DNA from: Pseudolabrys sp.
GTDB taxonomy: Bacteria > Pseudomonadota > Alphaproteobacteria > Rhizobiales > Xanthobacteraceae
Assembly (NCBI GenBank): GCA_009694265.1
Contig: SHVM01000001.1
Location: 29,229-93,228, forward strand
Length of the DNA: 64,000 nucleotides
Direction of reading: 5' to 3'
Position 1 is the stretch's first letter. The number at the start of each line of letters is the position of its first letter. A program made the translations under genes and the position numbers. This document shows positions 9,845-20,614 of the stretch, in pieces. Under the pieces are notes generated by a model. It had not been told where the DNA came from. It searched no databases and worked only from the letters and a program-made list of their open reading frames with translations.

Positions 9845-11383
9845 ATGTTCGACTCACTGTCGGAAAAACTGGGCGGCATTCTCGACCGCCTTACCCGCCG
9901 CGGCGCGCTCAGCGAAGCCGACGTCGATGCGGCGCTGCGCGAAGTGCGCCGCGCGCTGCTCGAGGCCGATGTCGCGCTCGACGTGGCGCGCGCCTTCACC
10001 GAACGGGTGAAGGCGCAGGCCATCGGCGTCGAAGTGATGAAGTCGATCACGCCCGGCCAGATGGTCGTGAAGATTGTGCACGACCAGCTGGTCGCGACGC
10101 TCGGCGCCGACAGCCAGACTATCGATCTCAACGCCGCGCCGCCGGTCGCCATCATGATGGTCGGCCTGCAGGGTTCCGGCAAAACCACCACCACCGCCAA
10201 AGTCGCGCGCCGCCTCACCGACCGGCAGAAGAAAAAAGTCTTGATGGCCTCGCTCGACGTGCGCAGGCCGGCGGCAATGGAGCAGCTCGCGGTGCTCGGC
10301 CGCGAGGCGCAGATCGATACACTGCCGGTGGTCGAGGGCCAGCAGCCGCCGCAGATCGCCAAGCGCGCCATCGAGGCCGCGCGCCTCGGCGGCTACGACG
10401 TGGTGCTGCTCGACACAGCGGGGCGCACCACGCTCGACGACGACATGATGAACGAGGCGGCCGAGGTCAAGCGCGCCACCAATCCGCACGAGGTGTTGCT
10501 GGTGGCGGATGCGCTGACCGGCCAGGACGCGGTCAATCTGGCGCGCGCTTTTGACGAGCGCGTCGGCCTCACCGGCATCGTGCTCACCCGCGTCGACGGC
10601 GACGGCCGCGGCGGCGCCGCGCTCTCCATGCGCGCGGTGACCAACAAGCCGATCAAGCTGATCGGCACCGGTGAAAAGCTCGACGCGCTGGAGGAATTCG
10701 ACCCGGCCCGCATCGCCGGCCGCATCCTCGGCATGGGCGACATCGTCGCGCTGGTGGAAAAGGCCGCCGCCAATATCGACGCCGAAAAGGCGATGCGCAC
10801 CGCCGAAAAGATGCGCAAGGGCCATTTCGATCTGTCGGACATGCGCGAGCAGCTGACGCAGATGGCGGCTATGGGCGGCATGAGCGGGCTGATGGGCATG
10901 ATGCCGGGTGTCGCCAAAATGAAAACCCAGATTGCCAATGCCGGGATCGACGACAAGGTTCTCAAGCGCCAGGTGGCGATCATCGATTCGATGACGCCGA
11001 AGGAGCGCCGCAACCCCGACATTCTCAAAGCCAGCCGCAAGAAGCGTATCGCCACCGGTTCCGGCACCACGCCGGAAGCGATCAACAAACTTTTGAAAAT
11101 GCATCGCGGCATGGCCGACATGATGAAGGCCATGGGCTCAGGCAAGCGTGGGCCGATGGCCGGCATCGCGCAGGCCATGGGCTTCGGCGGCGGGGCTCAG
11201 CCGACGCCGGAACAAATGGCCGAGCTTGCCAAGAAAATGCCGGGCGGGATGCCCGGTGGAAATTCTGGCGGTCTTCCGCCGACCATGCCGAAACTGCCGC
11301 CGAATATTCCGGGATTGCCCGGACTCGGCGGCGGAAAATTTTCTGGATTGCCGGGTCTGCCCGGCCAAGGGAAGAAGAAATGA
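9845..11383 (+). CDS. ffh: Signal recognition particle protein Ffh
   Basis: MFDSLSEKL, GLQGSGKTTT, DTAGR, Met-rich M domain. Confidence 0.97.
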   Translation: MFDSLSEKLGGILDRLTRRGALSEADVDAALREVRRALLEADVALDVARAFTERVKAQAIGVEVMKSITPGQMVVKIVHDQLVATLGADSQTIDLNAAPPVAIMMVGLQGSGKTTTTAKVARRLTDRQKKKVLMASLDVRRPAAMEQLAVLGREAQIDTLPVVEGQQPPQIAKRAIEAARLGGYDVVLLDTAGRTTLDDDMMNEAAEVKRATNPHEVLLVADALTGQDAVNLARAFDERVGLTGIVLTRVDGDGRGGAALSMRAVTNKPIKLIGTGEKLDALEEFDPARIAGRILGMGDIVALVEKAAANIDAEKAMRTAEKMRKGHFDLSDMREQLTQMAAMGGMSGLMGMMPGVAKMKTQIANAGIDDKVLKRQVAIIDSMTPKERRNPDILKASRKKRIATGSGTTPEAINKLLKMHRGMADMMKAMGSGKRGPMAGIAQAMGFGGGAQPTPEQMAELAKKMPGGMPGGNSGGLPPTMPKLPPNIPGLPGLGGGKFSGLPGLPGQGKKK

Positions 11384-11443
11384 AATCGCCCGTCACATCA
11401 AACCGTCTTCGCAAATAAAATCGTCTTCAGAGAGGAAACTAAA

Positions 11444-11896
11444 ATGTCTATCGTCATTCGTCTCGCCCGCGCTGGAACCAAGAAACGGCCGGTCTATCAC
11501 ATCGTCGTCGCCGACTCGCGCGCACCGCGCGACGGCCGCTTCATCGAACGGCTCGGCTATTTCAATCCGCTGCTGCCGAAGGAAAAGACCGAGCGGCTCA
11601 AATTTGATCTTGAGAAGGCGCAGGCCTGGATGAAGAAGGGCGCGCAGCCGTCCGACCGCGTGATGCGCTTCCTCGATGCCGCCGGCATCAAGAAGCGCGA
11701 GAAGCGCAACAATCCGGAAAAGGCGATCCCGCGCAAGGAACGCAAGGCCACGGCCGAGGAAGCGCTCAAGGTCAAGGAAGCCGGCGATGCGGCCGCCAAG
11801 ACTGCGGCGACCGCCAAGGCCGCGACCGATGCGGCCGACAAGAAGGCCGCTGCCAAGGCGGCGGAAAAGCCGGCCGAAGCGCCGGCGGCGAGCTAA
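11444..11896 (+). CDS. rpsP: 30S ribosomal protein S16 with Ala/Lys-rich C-terminal tail
   Basis: [38 protein letters not shown]. Confidence 0.97.
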   Translation: MSIVIRLARAGTKKRPVYHIVVADSRAPRDGRFIERLGYFNPLLPKEKTERLKFDLEKAQAWMKKGAQPSDRVMRFLDAAGIKKREKRNNPEKAIPRKERKATAEEALKVKEAGDAAAKTAATAKAATDAADKKAAAKAAEKPAEAPAAS

Positions 11897-11911
11897 CGCT
11901 CGCCCCGCGCC

Positions 11912-12418
11912 GTGGCCGACCGCATCCGTGTCGCCCGTATCGGTGCCGCGCACGGCGTTCGCGGCGAAGTGAAACTGTGGTCGTTCACGCAAGACCCGTT
12001 TGCCGTCGCCAATTACGGCCCGTTGGAAACACAAGACGGTACGCAGCGTTTCGAGATCAAAGCGCTGCGCGCGGGCAAGGATCACCTGGTCGCGCGGCTT
12101 AAAGGCATCGGCAGCCGCGACGCGGCGGCGAAAATTTGCAATCTCGATCTGTTCGTGCCGCGCGCCAAACTGCCGCCGATCAACGAAGCCGACACTTATT
12201 ATTTTGCCGACCTGATCGGCCTGTCGGCGGTGACCAAGGATGGCGCGGTGCTAGGAATCGTCACCGCGGTGCATAATTTCGGCGCCGGCGATTTGATCGA
12301 GATCGCGACCACGCAAGGCGGCGAACCGCTGCTGCTGCCATTCACCGAGACCGTGGTGCCGAAGATCGATATGGCGCTGCGCCAGATTGTTATCGTCCTG
12401 CCATCAGTGATCGAGTAG
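11912..12418 (+). CDS. rimM: Ribosome maturation factor RimM
   Basis: [27 protein letters not shown]; operon position. Confidence 0.95.
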   Translation: MADRIRVARIGAAHGVRGEVKLWSFTQDPFAVANYGPLETQDGTQRFEIKALRAGKDHLVARLKGIGSRDAAAKICNLDLFVPRAKLPPINEADTYYFADLIGLSAVTKDGAVLGIVTAVHNFGAGDLIEIATTQGGEPLLLPFTETVVPKIDMALRQIVIVLPSVIE

Positions 12419-12423
12419 CCGTC

Positions 12424-13119
12424 ATGTGGCACGCCAGCATCCTTACGATTTTCCCGGAGATGTTTCCTGGGCCCCTCGGCGTAAGCCTTGCCGGCAAGGC
12501 GCTGGCGTCCGGCATCTGGTCGCTGGACGCCATCGATATCCGCGCCCATGCTACCGACAAGCACCGCACGGTCGACGACACGCCGGCCGGCGGCGGCCCC
12601 GGTATGGTGATGAAACCCGATGTGCTGGCGCGCGCGTTGGATGCCGTCCCGCCCGACTTGCGCCCGCGCCTATTGATGAGCCCGCGCGGCGCGCCGCTGA
12701 CGCAAAGCTGCGCCGCAATGCTCGCCGCCGGGCCAGGCGTCGTGATCGTCTGCGCCCGCTTCGAAGGCGTCGATGAGCGGCTGATCGAGGCGCGCGGCTT
12801 GCAGGAAGTCTCGCTCGGCGATTTCGTGCTGTCCGGCGGCGAGATCGCGTCGATGGCGCTGATCGACGCCTGCGTGCGGCTCATTCCGGGCGTCATGGGC
12901 AAGGAGGCCTCGGGTGTCGAGGAGAGCTTCGCCGGAGGGCTGCTGGAATATCCGCAGTTCACCAGGCCGCAGGTCTTCGAGGGCTTGTCCGTCCCGGAGG
13001 TGCTCACCTCCGGCGACCACGCCAAGGTCGCAGCGTGGCGGCGTTCGGAAGCCGAGCGGCTGACGCGCGAGCGACGGCCTGACCTTTGGGCGGCCTATTT
13101 GGCCCGGAAACGGCCATAA
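12424..13119 (+). CDS. trmD: tRNA (guanine37-N1)-methyltransferase
   Basis: [37 protein letters not shown]. Confidence 0.97.
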   Translation: MWHASILTIFPEMFPGPLGVSLAGKALASGIWSLDAIDIRAHATDKHRTVDDTPAGGGPGMVMKPDVLARALDAVPPDLRPRLLMSPRGAPLTQSCAAMLAAGPGVVIVCARFEGVDERLIEARGLQEVSLGDFVLSGGEIASMALIDACVRLIPGVMGKEASGVEESFAGGLLEYPQFTRPQVFEGLSVPEVLTSGDHAKVAAWRRSEAERLTRERRPDLWAAYLARKRP

Positions 13120-13128
13120 ACTGCCACT

Positions 13129-13157
13129 TTGACCTATATGCCAATATGGCATATACG
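13129..13157 (+). promoter_or_regulatory. Putative internal rplS promoter containing a perfect 9-bp inverted repeat
   Basis: TTGACC-N17-TATACG; TATATGCCA-ata-TGGCATATA spans 13135-13155. Confidence 0.55.
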
Positions 13158-13227
13158 ACCGCCAACCCATTCAGACTAGACAAGACCGCGCGCCGGTTGC
13201 TGGCGCTGCCGACGGAGAATTTGGCCC

Positions 13228-13677
13228 ATGAACATCATCCAGACGCTCGAAAAAGAGCAGGTCGCGAAGCTTTCGGCCGGCAAGGAAATGCCCGACTTCG
13301 GGCCGGGCGACACCGTGCTGGTTAACGTCAAGGTGGTCGAAGGCGACAAGAGCCGCATCCAGGCCTACGAGGGCGTTTGCATCGGCCGCTCCGGCGCTGG
13401 GCTGAACGAGAACTTTACCGTGCGCAAGATTTCGTACGGCGAGGGCGTCGAGCGCGTGTTCCCGCTCTACGCGCCGATGATCGACTCGATCAAAGTCGTG
13501 CGCCGCGGCAAGGTGCGTCGCGCCAAGCTCTATTACCTGCGCGGCTTGCGCGGCAAGAAAGCCCGTATCTCCGAGGCGCAGAGCGCCGGCGGGCCGGAAG
13601 CGGCTGTCGAGATCACGGCTAAGCCTGCTGCCAAGACTGCTGCTAAGCCCGCCGCTAAGACTGCCGCCAAGAAATAG
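13228..13677 (+). CDS. rplS: 50S ribosomal protein L19 with (KPAAKTAA)2 tail
   Basis: [30 protein letters not shown]. Confidence 0.97.
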   Translation: MNIIQTLEKEQVAKLSAGKEMPDFGPGDTVLVNVKVVEGDKSRIQAYEGVCIGRSGAGLNENFTVRKISYGEGVERVFPLYAPMIDSIKVVRRGKVRRAKLYYLRGLRGKKARISEAQSAGGPEAAVEITAKPAAKTAAKPAAKTAAKK

Positions 13678-13702
13678 TGCCGCGGCTATTCCGGAATGCA
13701 TG

Positions 13703-13727
13703 AAGGGGCCGCCGTTCGGCCCCTTTT
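13703..13727 (+). terminator. Rho-independent terminator after rplS
   Basis: AAGGGGCCG-ccgtt-CGGCCCCTT followed by T-rich sequence. Confidence 0.7.
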
Positions 13728-13778
13728 GCTTTGGCGCTAGCGGGGCTAGATAGTCTCGCACCGATGGAGACTTCGACG

Positions 13779-15185
13779 ATGGCCAAACCGCGCACGTTGT
13801 ACGACAAGATCTGGGACGACCATCTGGTTGACGAGCAGCCGGACGGAACTTGTCTGATCTATGTCGACCGCCATCTCGTGCATGAAGTAACGAGCCCGCA
13901 AGCCTTCGAGGGCCTACGCACGGCGGGCCGCAAGGTGCATGCGCCGGGCAAGACTTTGGCCGTTGTCGATCACAACGTGCCGACCTCCGACCGCAACAAG
14001 CCCAATCCCGACCCGGAAAGCACCGAACAGATCGCCGTCATGGCGCAGAACGCCAAGGATTTCGGCATCGAGTATTTCAACGAGTTCGACAAGCGCCAGG
14101 GCATCGTCCACATCATCGGCCCCGAGCAGGGCTTCACGCTGCCCGGCACCACCATCGTATGCGGCGACAGCCACACCGCGACGCATGGCGCGTTCGGTGC
14201 GCTCGCCTATGGCATCGGCACCTCGGAAGTCGAGCACGTGCTGGCGACGCAGACGCTGATCCAGAAGAAATCCATGAACATGCGCGCGGTGGTCGACGGC
14301 ACTCTGCCGCCGGGCGTGACGGCGAAGGACATCATCCTCGCCATCATCGGCGAGATCGGCACCGCCGGCGGCACCGGTTACGCGCTGGAATATGCCGGCG
14401 AGGCGATCCGCGCGCTGTCGATGGAAGGCCGCATGACGGTGTGCAACATGTCGATTGAAGGCGGCGCCAAGGCCGGCTTCATCGCGCCCGACGACAAGGC
14501 GTTCAGTTATCTCAAGGACAAACCGAAAGCGCCCAAGGGCAAAGCCTGGGACGAGGCCATGCGCTATTGGGAGACTTTGCAATCCGACGAGGACGCGCAT
14601 TTCGACCGCGAAATCCATCTCGATGCCAACAAGCTGCCGCCGATCGTGACCTGGGGCACCAGCCCCGAGCAGGTGGTGTCGATCACCGGCCGCGTACCGG
14701 TGCTGGCCGAAATCGCGGACGAGAAAAAACGCGTCGCCGCCGAACGCTCGCTCGGTTACATGGGGCTCAGTGGCGGCGAGAAGATCACCGACATCAAGCT
14801 CGACCGCGTGTTCATCGGCTCCTGCACCAACGGCCGCATCGAGGATTTACGCGCGGTGGCGCGCATCGCCGAAGGCAAGACGGTGAATGCCAATGTCTAC
14901 GCCATGATCGTGCCGGGCTCCGGCCTGGTGAAGGAAATGGCGGAAGCCGAAGGCCTCGACAAGATTTTCAAGGCCGCCGGCTTCGATTGGCGCGAGCCGG
15001 GCTGCTCGATGTGCCTCGCCATGAACCCGGACAAGCTCAAGCCGGGCGAGCGTTGCGCCTCAACCTCGAACCGCAATTTCGAAGGCCGCCAGGGCTACAA
15101 GGGCCGCACGCACTTGGTGTCGCCCGCAATGGCAGCAGCCGCCGCGATCGCCGGTCACTTCGTCGATGTAAGAGAGTGGAAATAG
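13779..15185 (+). CDS. leuC: 3-isopropylmalate dehydratase large subunit
   Basis: [58 protein letters not shown]. Confidence 0.98.
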   Translation: MAKPRTLYDKIWDDHLVDEQPDGTCLIYVDRHLVHEVTSPQAFEGLRTAGRKVHAPGKTLAVVDHNVPTSDRNKPNPDPESTEQIAVMAQNAKDFGIEYFNEFDKRQGIVHIIGPEQGFTLPGTTIVCGDSHTATHGAFGALAYGIGTSEVEHVLATQTLIQKKSMNMRAVVDGTLPPGVTAKDIILAIIGEIGTAGGTGYALEYAGEAIRALSMEGRMTVCNMSIEGGAKAGFIAPDDKAFSYLKDKPKAPKGKAWDEAMRYWETLQSDEDAHFDREIHLDANKLPPIVTWGTSPEQVVSITGRVPVLAEIADEKKRVAAERSLGYMGLSGGEKITDIKLDRVFIGSCTNGRIEDLRAVARIAEGKTVNANVYAMIVPGSGLVKEMAEAEGLDKIFKAAGFDWREPGCSMCLAMNPDKLKPGERCASTSNRNFEGRQGYKGRTHLVSPAMAAAAAIAGHFVDVREWK

Positions 15186-15188
15186 GCG

Positions 15189-15524
15189 CTATTGCCACCA
15201 GCATTGCTGGCGCGGCACGACCACCGTCCCGCTGACGCGATATTCCTTCACCAGCCAAGAGCGGCATTGCCGCTGGGCGTTGCGGCTGGGTTGCGCGCGG
15301 CGCGGGTAGATGGTGATGCGCGGACGCGACGATTGCGCGGCGAATTCATGGGTGGTGCGGGCGCTGGCGTGAGCGGCGGCGCCGTGGCTGGATGTGCTGG
15401 AGGACAACACGCGGCCGGGACGGTCGTTGCAGCCGAAGAACTCTGCCGAAGCAGACTGCGAGAAAACGGCGGAACAGCCCAAGATCAGCGCCAGAAGACC
15501 GCAGAAGGTCCAGTTTCTGGGCAT
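15189..15524 (-). CDS. Small exported hypothetical protein
   Basis: Signal-peptide-like N-terminus (ASA cleavage site), Cys-containing C-terminus; fills the intergenic gap. Confidence 0.65.
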   Translation of the reverse strand: MPRNWTFCGLLALILGCSAVFSQSASAEFFGCNDRPGRVLSSSTSSHGAAAHASARTTHEFAAQSSRPRITIYPRRAQPSRNAQRQCRSWLVKEYRVSGTVVVPRQQCWWQ

Positions 15525-15627
15525 ATTCTTAGTCCCCGATCGTCACGCCACAATAGTTAACGGTCGCCCATTCCGGCGCCGCCGTCAACAGCTTGGATTA
15601 CCCCTTGGCCTCCCCTAAAGCCCTGTC

Positions 15628-16053
15628 ATGACACGCCAATTCGACGATCCCCAGGTCTGGCGCGGGGCGGCGGCGCCGTCGCTGGCCGATATCGAGGCGC
15701 TGGCGGCGGACGCTTATGCCCGGCTGCCGGAGCGATTCCGCAGCATTTGCGAGGGTCTCATCATCCGCGTCGAAGATTTCCCCACAGAGGAAGTCGTCGA
15801 ACAGATGAAGCTCGACTCAGAATTCGACCTGCTCGGCCTGTTCCAGGGTGTTGGTCTGCCTTTTCTGTCGGTAAGCGCGCCGGAACCTCTGCCCAACATG
15901 ATCTGGCTCTATCGCCGCCCGATCCTTGATTACTGGGCCGAGCACGAGGAAAGCCTGGGCGCCATCGTGACCCACGTGCTGGTGCACGAAATCGGCCACC
16001 ATTTCGGCCTGTCGGATGACGACATTGAAGCGATCGAGGCGGCGGCCGATTAG
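15628..16053 (+). CDS. Minimal zincin metallopeptidase (Zincin_1/DUF1025-like)
   Basis: HEIGHHFG (HExxH) and IWLYRRPI. Confidence 0.85.
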   Translation: MTRQFDDPQVWRGAAAPSLADIEALAADAYARLPERFRSICEGLIIRVEDFPTEEVVEQMKLDSEFDLLGLFQGVGLPFLSVSAPEPLPNMIWLYRRPILDYWAEHEESLGAIVTHVLVHEIGHHFGLSDDDIEAIEAAAD

Positions 16054-16155
16054 CGAATCCGCATGGCTGACCTTCCAAGGCTCATGGCAACGCTCTATTG
16101 ACCCGACCGCGCTACAGCTTATGAAACAGAGCGAATTCAAACAGGCGTAAGAACC

Positions 16156-16761
16156 ATGGACAAATTCACCACCCTGGAAGGCGTCGCGGCGCCGTTGCGG
16201 ATCATCAATGTCGACACCGACATGGTCATCCCCAAGCAATATCTGAAGACCATCAAGCGCACCGGACTGGGCAAGGGCCTGTTCTCCGAGCAACGCTACA
16301 AGGACGATGGCTCGGAGAACCCCGACTTCGTGCTCAACAAACCAGCCTATCGCAAATCCAAAATATTGGTCGCCGGCGATAATTTCGGCTGCGGCTCAAG
16401 CCGCGAACACGCGCCCTGGGCGCTGATGGATTTCGGCATCCACTGCGTGATCTCGACCTCGTTCGGCGACATTTTCTACAACAACTGTTTCAAGAACGGC
16501 GTGCTGCCGGTCCGCGTCTCGCCCGAAGACCTGGAAAAATTGTTCGACGATGCCGACCGCGGCGCCAATGCCACGCTCACCGTCGACCTGGAGAAACAGG
16601 AAATCCGCGGCCCCGACGGCGGCACGATCAAGTTCGAGATCGACGCCCACCGCAAGCACTGCATGCTCAACGGCCTCGACGATATCGGGCTCACGCACCA
16701 GAAGAAGAGCAAGATCGTGAGTTACGAGGCGAAGGCCAAGGCCGCGCGGCCGTGGGCGTGA
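16156..16761 (+). CDS. leuD: 3-isopropylmalate dehydratase small subunit
   Basis: [32 protein letters not shown]. Confidence 0.97.
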   Translation: MDKFTTLEGVAAPLRIINVDTDMVIPKQYLKTIKRTGLGKGLFSEQRYKDDGSENPDFVLNKPAYRKSKILVAGDNFGCGSSREHAPWALMDFGIHCVISTSFGDIFYNNCFKNGVLPVRVSPEDLEKLFDDADRGANATLTVDLEKQEIRGPDGGTIKFEIDAHRKHCMLNGLDDIGLTHQKKSKIVSYEAKAKAARPWA

Positions 16762-16784
16762 GTTAATCTGCGACCATCAATCGG

Positions 16785-16878
16785 CCTCATGCTGAGGAGC
16801 ATTGCGAAGCAATGCGTCTCGAAGCATGCGGCCGCCCATCCTTCGAGACGCGTTCTGCGGACGCTCCTCAGGATGAGG
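16785..16878. repeat. Palindromic intergenic element (CCTCAT-CTGAGGAGC...GCTCCTCAG-ATGAGG)
   Basis: Long terminal inverted repeat plus inner CGTCTCGAAG/CTTCGAGACG stem, between convergent genes. Confidence 0.8.
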
Positions 16879-16892
16879 CGGATGAACATTCT

Positions 16893-17697
16893 TTAATCCG
16901 GCACCGACGGCATCCATGAGCCGGCCGGCGCGGCATCGAGCCCGACAACGCCGCTCGCTTCGACCGCTTTTTTCAGAAATCCGGACGCGCGCACGTCGTC
17001 GATGAAGCGATTGACGGCCACGAGCACCTCCGCCTTGCCCTTCGGCACGATGATGGTCTGCGGCACGCCGAACAGATTGTCCGGCAAGGCCCGAAAGCCC
17101 GAACTCTCCTTCAGTATATTGGTCAACCTTTGCCGATTGGCGCCGAAGGCGTCGATCTCCTTGGCCAGCAGCATCCGCTTGATCTCGGCCGGGTCGTGCG
17201 AGATTTCGCTGAGCGTCGCGTTCTTGAATTTGCGTTTCATGAACAGCGTGATCGAGTCGTTGTGACCGCCGGCGATTTTCTGCCCTGGCCGATCAACGTC
17301 GGAGATGGCGCGGATATTCGATCCCTCAAGCACCAGAAAAGTCTGCCCCGACAGCATGTAGGTTTGCGAGAATTCCACGGCGCCGGTTCGTTCCGGCGCA
17401 TAGGCGATGAAGCCGATGTCGGCCTCGCCGCTGGTGATCGCATCGATCACGGCTTTCGGATTGGCAAGTGGCTTGATTTCCACCGGCATGCCGATACGCC
17501 GCCCAAGTTCGCGCGCCAGATCGGCGGATGCGCCGCGAGTAACGCCGGTAACGGGGATCCCGCACCGCTTGCGCCGGATTGCCGCCCAGATAGGCCGCGC
17601 GCAGTGTGCCGCCCGGAGCGATATCACGGTCGGTGGCCATCGCCGGCTGCGCGCCGAGCAGCGCAAAAGCCAAAGCCAAACCCGCTCGTGTTTTCAT
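16893..17697 (-). pseudogene. Polar-amino-acid-type ABC substrate-binding protein with a +1 frameshift
   Basis: ATG 17697 (ATGA overlap with the upstream gene) gives MKTRAGLALAFALLGAQPAMA...NPAQAVRDP; the gene continues in another frame VTGVTRGASADLARE...; total 805 nt = 3n+1; the shift lies in the GGGG run at 17553-17556. Confidence 0.8.
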
Positions 17698-18572
17698 GAT
17701 AACTCCACAATCGCGTCCGCAATCGCCACCGTCCGCCGCGCCATCTCGGCATGCAACCGTTCTACCATACGGCCATCGATCGAGACCACGCCCTTGGCCC
17801 TGTTCTCCGGTAGATCGAATACGGCGATCGTCTTGCGCGCCAGCGCCACTTCGTCCACCGACGGCGAGAACACCTTGTTGCAAGGCTCGATCTGACCGGG
17901 ATGGATCAGGGTCTTGCCGTCGAAGCCAAGATCGACACCTTGCGCACATTCGGCAACGAAGCCTTCCGCATTGCCGATATCGTTATAGACGCCGTCGAGA
18001 ATATCGATGTCGTAGACACGCGCCGCCGCGACGCAGGTGGTGAGCCACGGCAGCATCGGCGCGCGGCCGGGCACCAGGCGCGCGCGGGTGTCCTTAGCGA
18101 GATCGTTGGTGCCCATCACAAAGCCGGACAAGCGTGACTCGGAATCCTTGGCTTCCGCGGCGATCGACAGGATGTTGAAGATCGCCAGCGGCGTCTCGAT
18201 CATCGCCCAGATTCTGATCTTATGATCGCTATGCATATCGAGCAGGCGGCGGCCGACCATTTCAACCTGTTCAGGGGTGGAAATCTTGGGCACCAGGATA
18301 GCGTCAGGCGCGGCATGGGCGGCGGCCGCGAAATCTTCGGTGTGCCAGGGCGTGTCGATGGCGTTGACACGGATGAACACCTCGCGCACGCCGAAGCCGC
18401 CGGCCTTCACGGCGTCCGCTACCTGCTTGCGCGCCGCATCCTTGGCGTCGGGCGCCACCGAATCTTCGAGGTCGAGGATGACGCCGTCGGCGGGAAGCGT
18501 CCTTGCCTTCTCCAGCGCGCGGGCATTGGAGCCCGGCATGTAAAGAACGCTGCGGCGCGGACGGGTGATCAT
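17694..18572 (-). CDS. CitE/HpcH-family CoA-ester lyase (malyl-CoA thioesterase/lyase-like)
   Basis: RPRRSVLYMPGSN, ILDLEDSVAP, MIETP, MGTNDL, GFDGKTLIHP. Confidence 0.88.
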   Translation of the reverse strand: MITRPRRSVLYMPGSNARALEKARTLPADGVILDLEDSVAPDAKDAARKQVADAVKAGGFGVREVFIRVNAIDTPWHTEDFAAAAHAAPDAILVPKISTPEQVEMVGRRLLDMHSDHKIRIWAMIETPLAIFNILSIAAEAKDSESRLSGFVMGTNDLAKDTRARLVPGRAPMLPWLTTCVAAARVYDIDILDGVYNDIGNAEGFVAECAQGVDLGFDGKTLIHPGQIEPCNKVFSPSVDEVALARKTIAVFDLPENRAKGVVSIDGRMVERLHAEMARRTVAIADAIVELS

Positions 18573-18615
18573 GGCAAGCCTTTCATCGTCCCGGCAATGA
18601 CCAAGTGTCAAAAAA

Positions 18616-18644
18616 TGGACCCCCGGGTCAAGCCCGAGGGTGAC
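18616..18644. repeat. Half copy of a REP-like element
   Basis: TGGACCCCCGGGTCAAGCCCGAGGGTGAC, a GGGTCAAGCCC-type palindromic arm between citE-like and asd. Confidence 0.55.
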
Positions 18645-18672
18645 GAAAAAACAAGCCGTGCGTGAACGCGTA

Positions 18673-19707
18673 TTACGCCGCCTTGCGTTTGGCCTGGATC
18701 AGCTTGCGATTGATCAGGCACTCGGCGATCTGTATCGCGTTGAGCGCCGCGCCCTTGCGCAGATTGTCGGCGACCACCCACATTTGCAGGCCGTTATCGA
18801 CGGTCGGGTCGGTGCGGATGCGGCTGATATAGGTGGCGTCCTCGCCGACGCACTCATAAGGCGTGACGTAGCAGCCGGGCTCATGCTTGTCGATCACCAG
18901 GCAGCCGGGCGCACTGCGCAAAATCGCGCGCGCTTCCTCGACGCTGATCGGATTTTCGAATTCGACATTCACGGCTTCGGAATGGCCGACGAACACTGGC
19001 ACGCGCACGCAAGTAGCGGTCAGCTTGATTTTGGGATCAAGAATCTTCTTGGTCTCCATCATCATCTTCCACTCTTCCTTGGTGTAGCCGTCCTCCATGA
19101 ACACATCGATTTCCGGAATGACGTTGAACGCGATGCGCTTGGGAAACTTCTTGTTGGTGACTTCGCCGAGCGTGAACACCGCCTTGGTCTGCGAGAACAG
19201 CTCGTCCATCGCGTCCTTGCCAGCGCCCGAGACCGATTGATAGGTCGCCACCACAACGCGCTTGATCGTGGCCTTGTCGTGCAGCGGCTTGAGCGCGACC
19301 ACGAGCTGCGCGGTCGAGCAATTCGGATTGGCGATGATGTTCTTCTTGGCAAAACCCGCGAGCGCGTCGGCGTTGACCTCCGGCACGACCAGCGGAACGT
19401 CCGGGTCCATACGCCAGGCCGACGAATTGTCGATCACCACCGCGCCTTGGGCTGCGATCTTCGGCGACCATTCCTTCGACACGGCGCCGCCGGCCGACAT
19501 CAGACAAATGTCGACGTCGGAAAAGTCGTAATGGTCGAGCGCCTTCACCTTCAGCGTCTTGTCGCCGAACGAGCATTCCTGACCCATGCTCTTGCGTGAG
19601 GCGAGCGCCACCACCTCGTCGGCGGGGAAGCTCCGCTCGGCCAGAATGTTGAGCATTTCGCGCCCGACATTGCCGGTGGCACCCACCACGGCGACCTTGT
19701 AACCCAT
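18673..19707 (-). CDS. asd: Aspartate-semialdehyde dehydrogenase
   Basis: VAVVGATGNVG, IANPNCST (catalytic Cys), TYQSVSGAG, DNLRKGAA. Confidence 0.98.
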   Translation of the reverse strand: MGYKVAVVGATGNVGREMLNILAERSFPADEVVALASRKSMGQECSFGDKTLKVKALDHYDFSDVDICLMSAGGAVSKEWSPKIAAQGAVVIDNSSAWRMDPDVPLVVPEVNADALAGFAKKNIIANPNCSTAQLVVALKPLHDKATIKRVVVATYQSVSGAGKDAMDELFSQTKAVFTLGEVTNKKFPKRIAFNVIPEIDVFMEDGYTKEEWKMMMETKKILDPKIKLTATCVRVPVFVGHSEAVNVEFENPISVEEARAILRSAPGCLVIDKHEPGCYVTPYECVGEDATYISRIRTDPTVDNGLQMWVVADNLRKGAALNAIQIAECLINRKLIQAKRKAA

Positions 19708-19821
19708 TGTTAACGCTCCGAAATAAATTCCGCACTGCACCCTGCCTGGGCGCAACCGGATAGCAGCGCTTCTAAGCGAGAACTCACCCTAAGACAACGG
19801 TGACATGATGGAGATCGGGCC

Positions 19822-20601
19822 GTGCATCAGGCCTTGCATTCCTGGCGCGACGAACTGCCAGCCGCATTCGTGCGGGGGCTCGCCGTTTTATGCGGGCTGG
19901 CGGTGCTGTCGGTCTTTTGCGCTTGCGTCTTCCAATCGCCCAAAACGATTAGCGTCATCACACCGGTGCATCAATCGGAATGGATCGAGATCGACCGGCC
20001 GTTCCCGGCTTTCGCGCTCTCCATCCCCGAAGCCGCCGATATGCCCGCGCGCTATGCCATCCGCCGTCATGCCTCCGGCGGCGGCCGCAAGGACATTCTT
20101 GCTTTGGGCGATCCGGACGGCATTGCCCCTTATCTCCAGGTTGAAATCTATCGGCCGGGCGGCGAGACGCGCGGCTTTGCCGATCCGCAACTTGAGATCG
20201 CCGCAAGCGCTGCGGCGCTCGGACTTGGCAATGTTCACGCCGGTGAACCGCTGGCCAGCAAATTCGGTCCGCTAACGATCGTCGGATTCGAGACCGCCAA
20301 AGGCGCGCCGCGCAAATGCCTCGGCTTCGTGCGCGCCTATGACGATCCGCGGCTGCAATTATCCGGCTGGTTCTGCCAGGGTAGCGGCTTCGTCCAACGC
20401 GGCACCTTGGCCTGCGCGCTCGACCGGCTGACGCTGCTCACTGCCGGCAGCGAGCCCAAGGTCGGCATGCTGTTCGCACAAGCCGAGCTCAACCGCAGTT
20501 ATTGCGGCCAGCGCGATACGATCCTGGCGCCGACGCCGAAATATCAACTGCTGTGGAAGGCATTGGCAACCCGGCCGGACCCGCGGCGCGTCGGGCATTA
20601 A
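19822..20601 (+). CDS. Hypothetical membrane-anchored periplasmic protein
   Basis: 259-aa ORF with an N-terminal TM segment and several Cys; divergent from asd. Confidence 0.7.
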   Translation: MHQALHSWRDELPAAFVRGLAVLCGLAVLSVFCACVFQSPKTISVITPVHQSEWIEIDRPFPAFALSIPEAADMPARYAIRRHASGGGRKDILALGDPDGIAPYLQVEIYRPGGETRGFADPQLEIAASAAALGLGNVHAGEPLASKFGPLTIVGFETAKGAPRKCLGFVRAYDDPRLQLSGWFCQGSGFVQRGTLACALDRLTLLTAGSEPKVGMLFAQAELNRSYCGQRDTILAPTPKYQLLWKALATRPDPRRVGH

Positions 20602-20614
20602 GCTAAAGGAGGCG

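Noticed and set aside
3732-11104. Long antisense ORFs (3732-4934, 8165-9349, 9854-11104 and similar ones elsewhere)
   Set aside because: Shadow frames of well-supported genes, expected in high-GC DNA; no motifs of their own.
11150-11383. Gly/Pro/Met-rich low-complexity Ffh tail
   Set aside because: Common in alphaproteobacterial Ffh; not novel.
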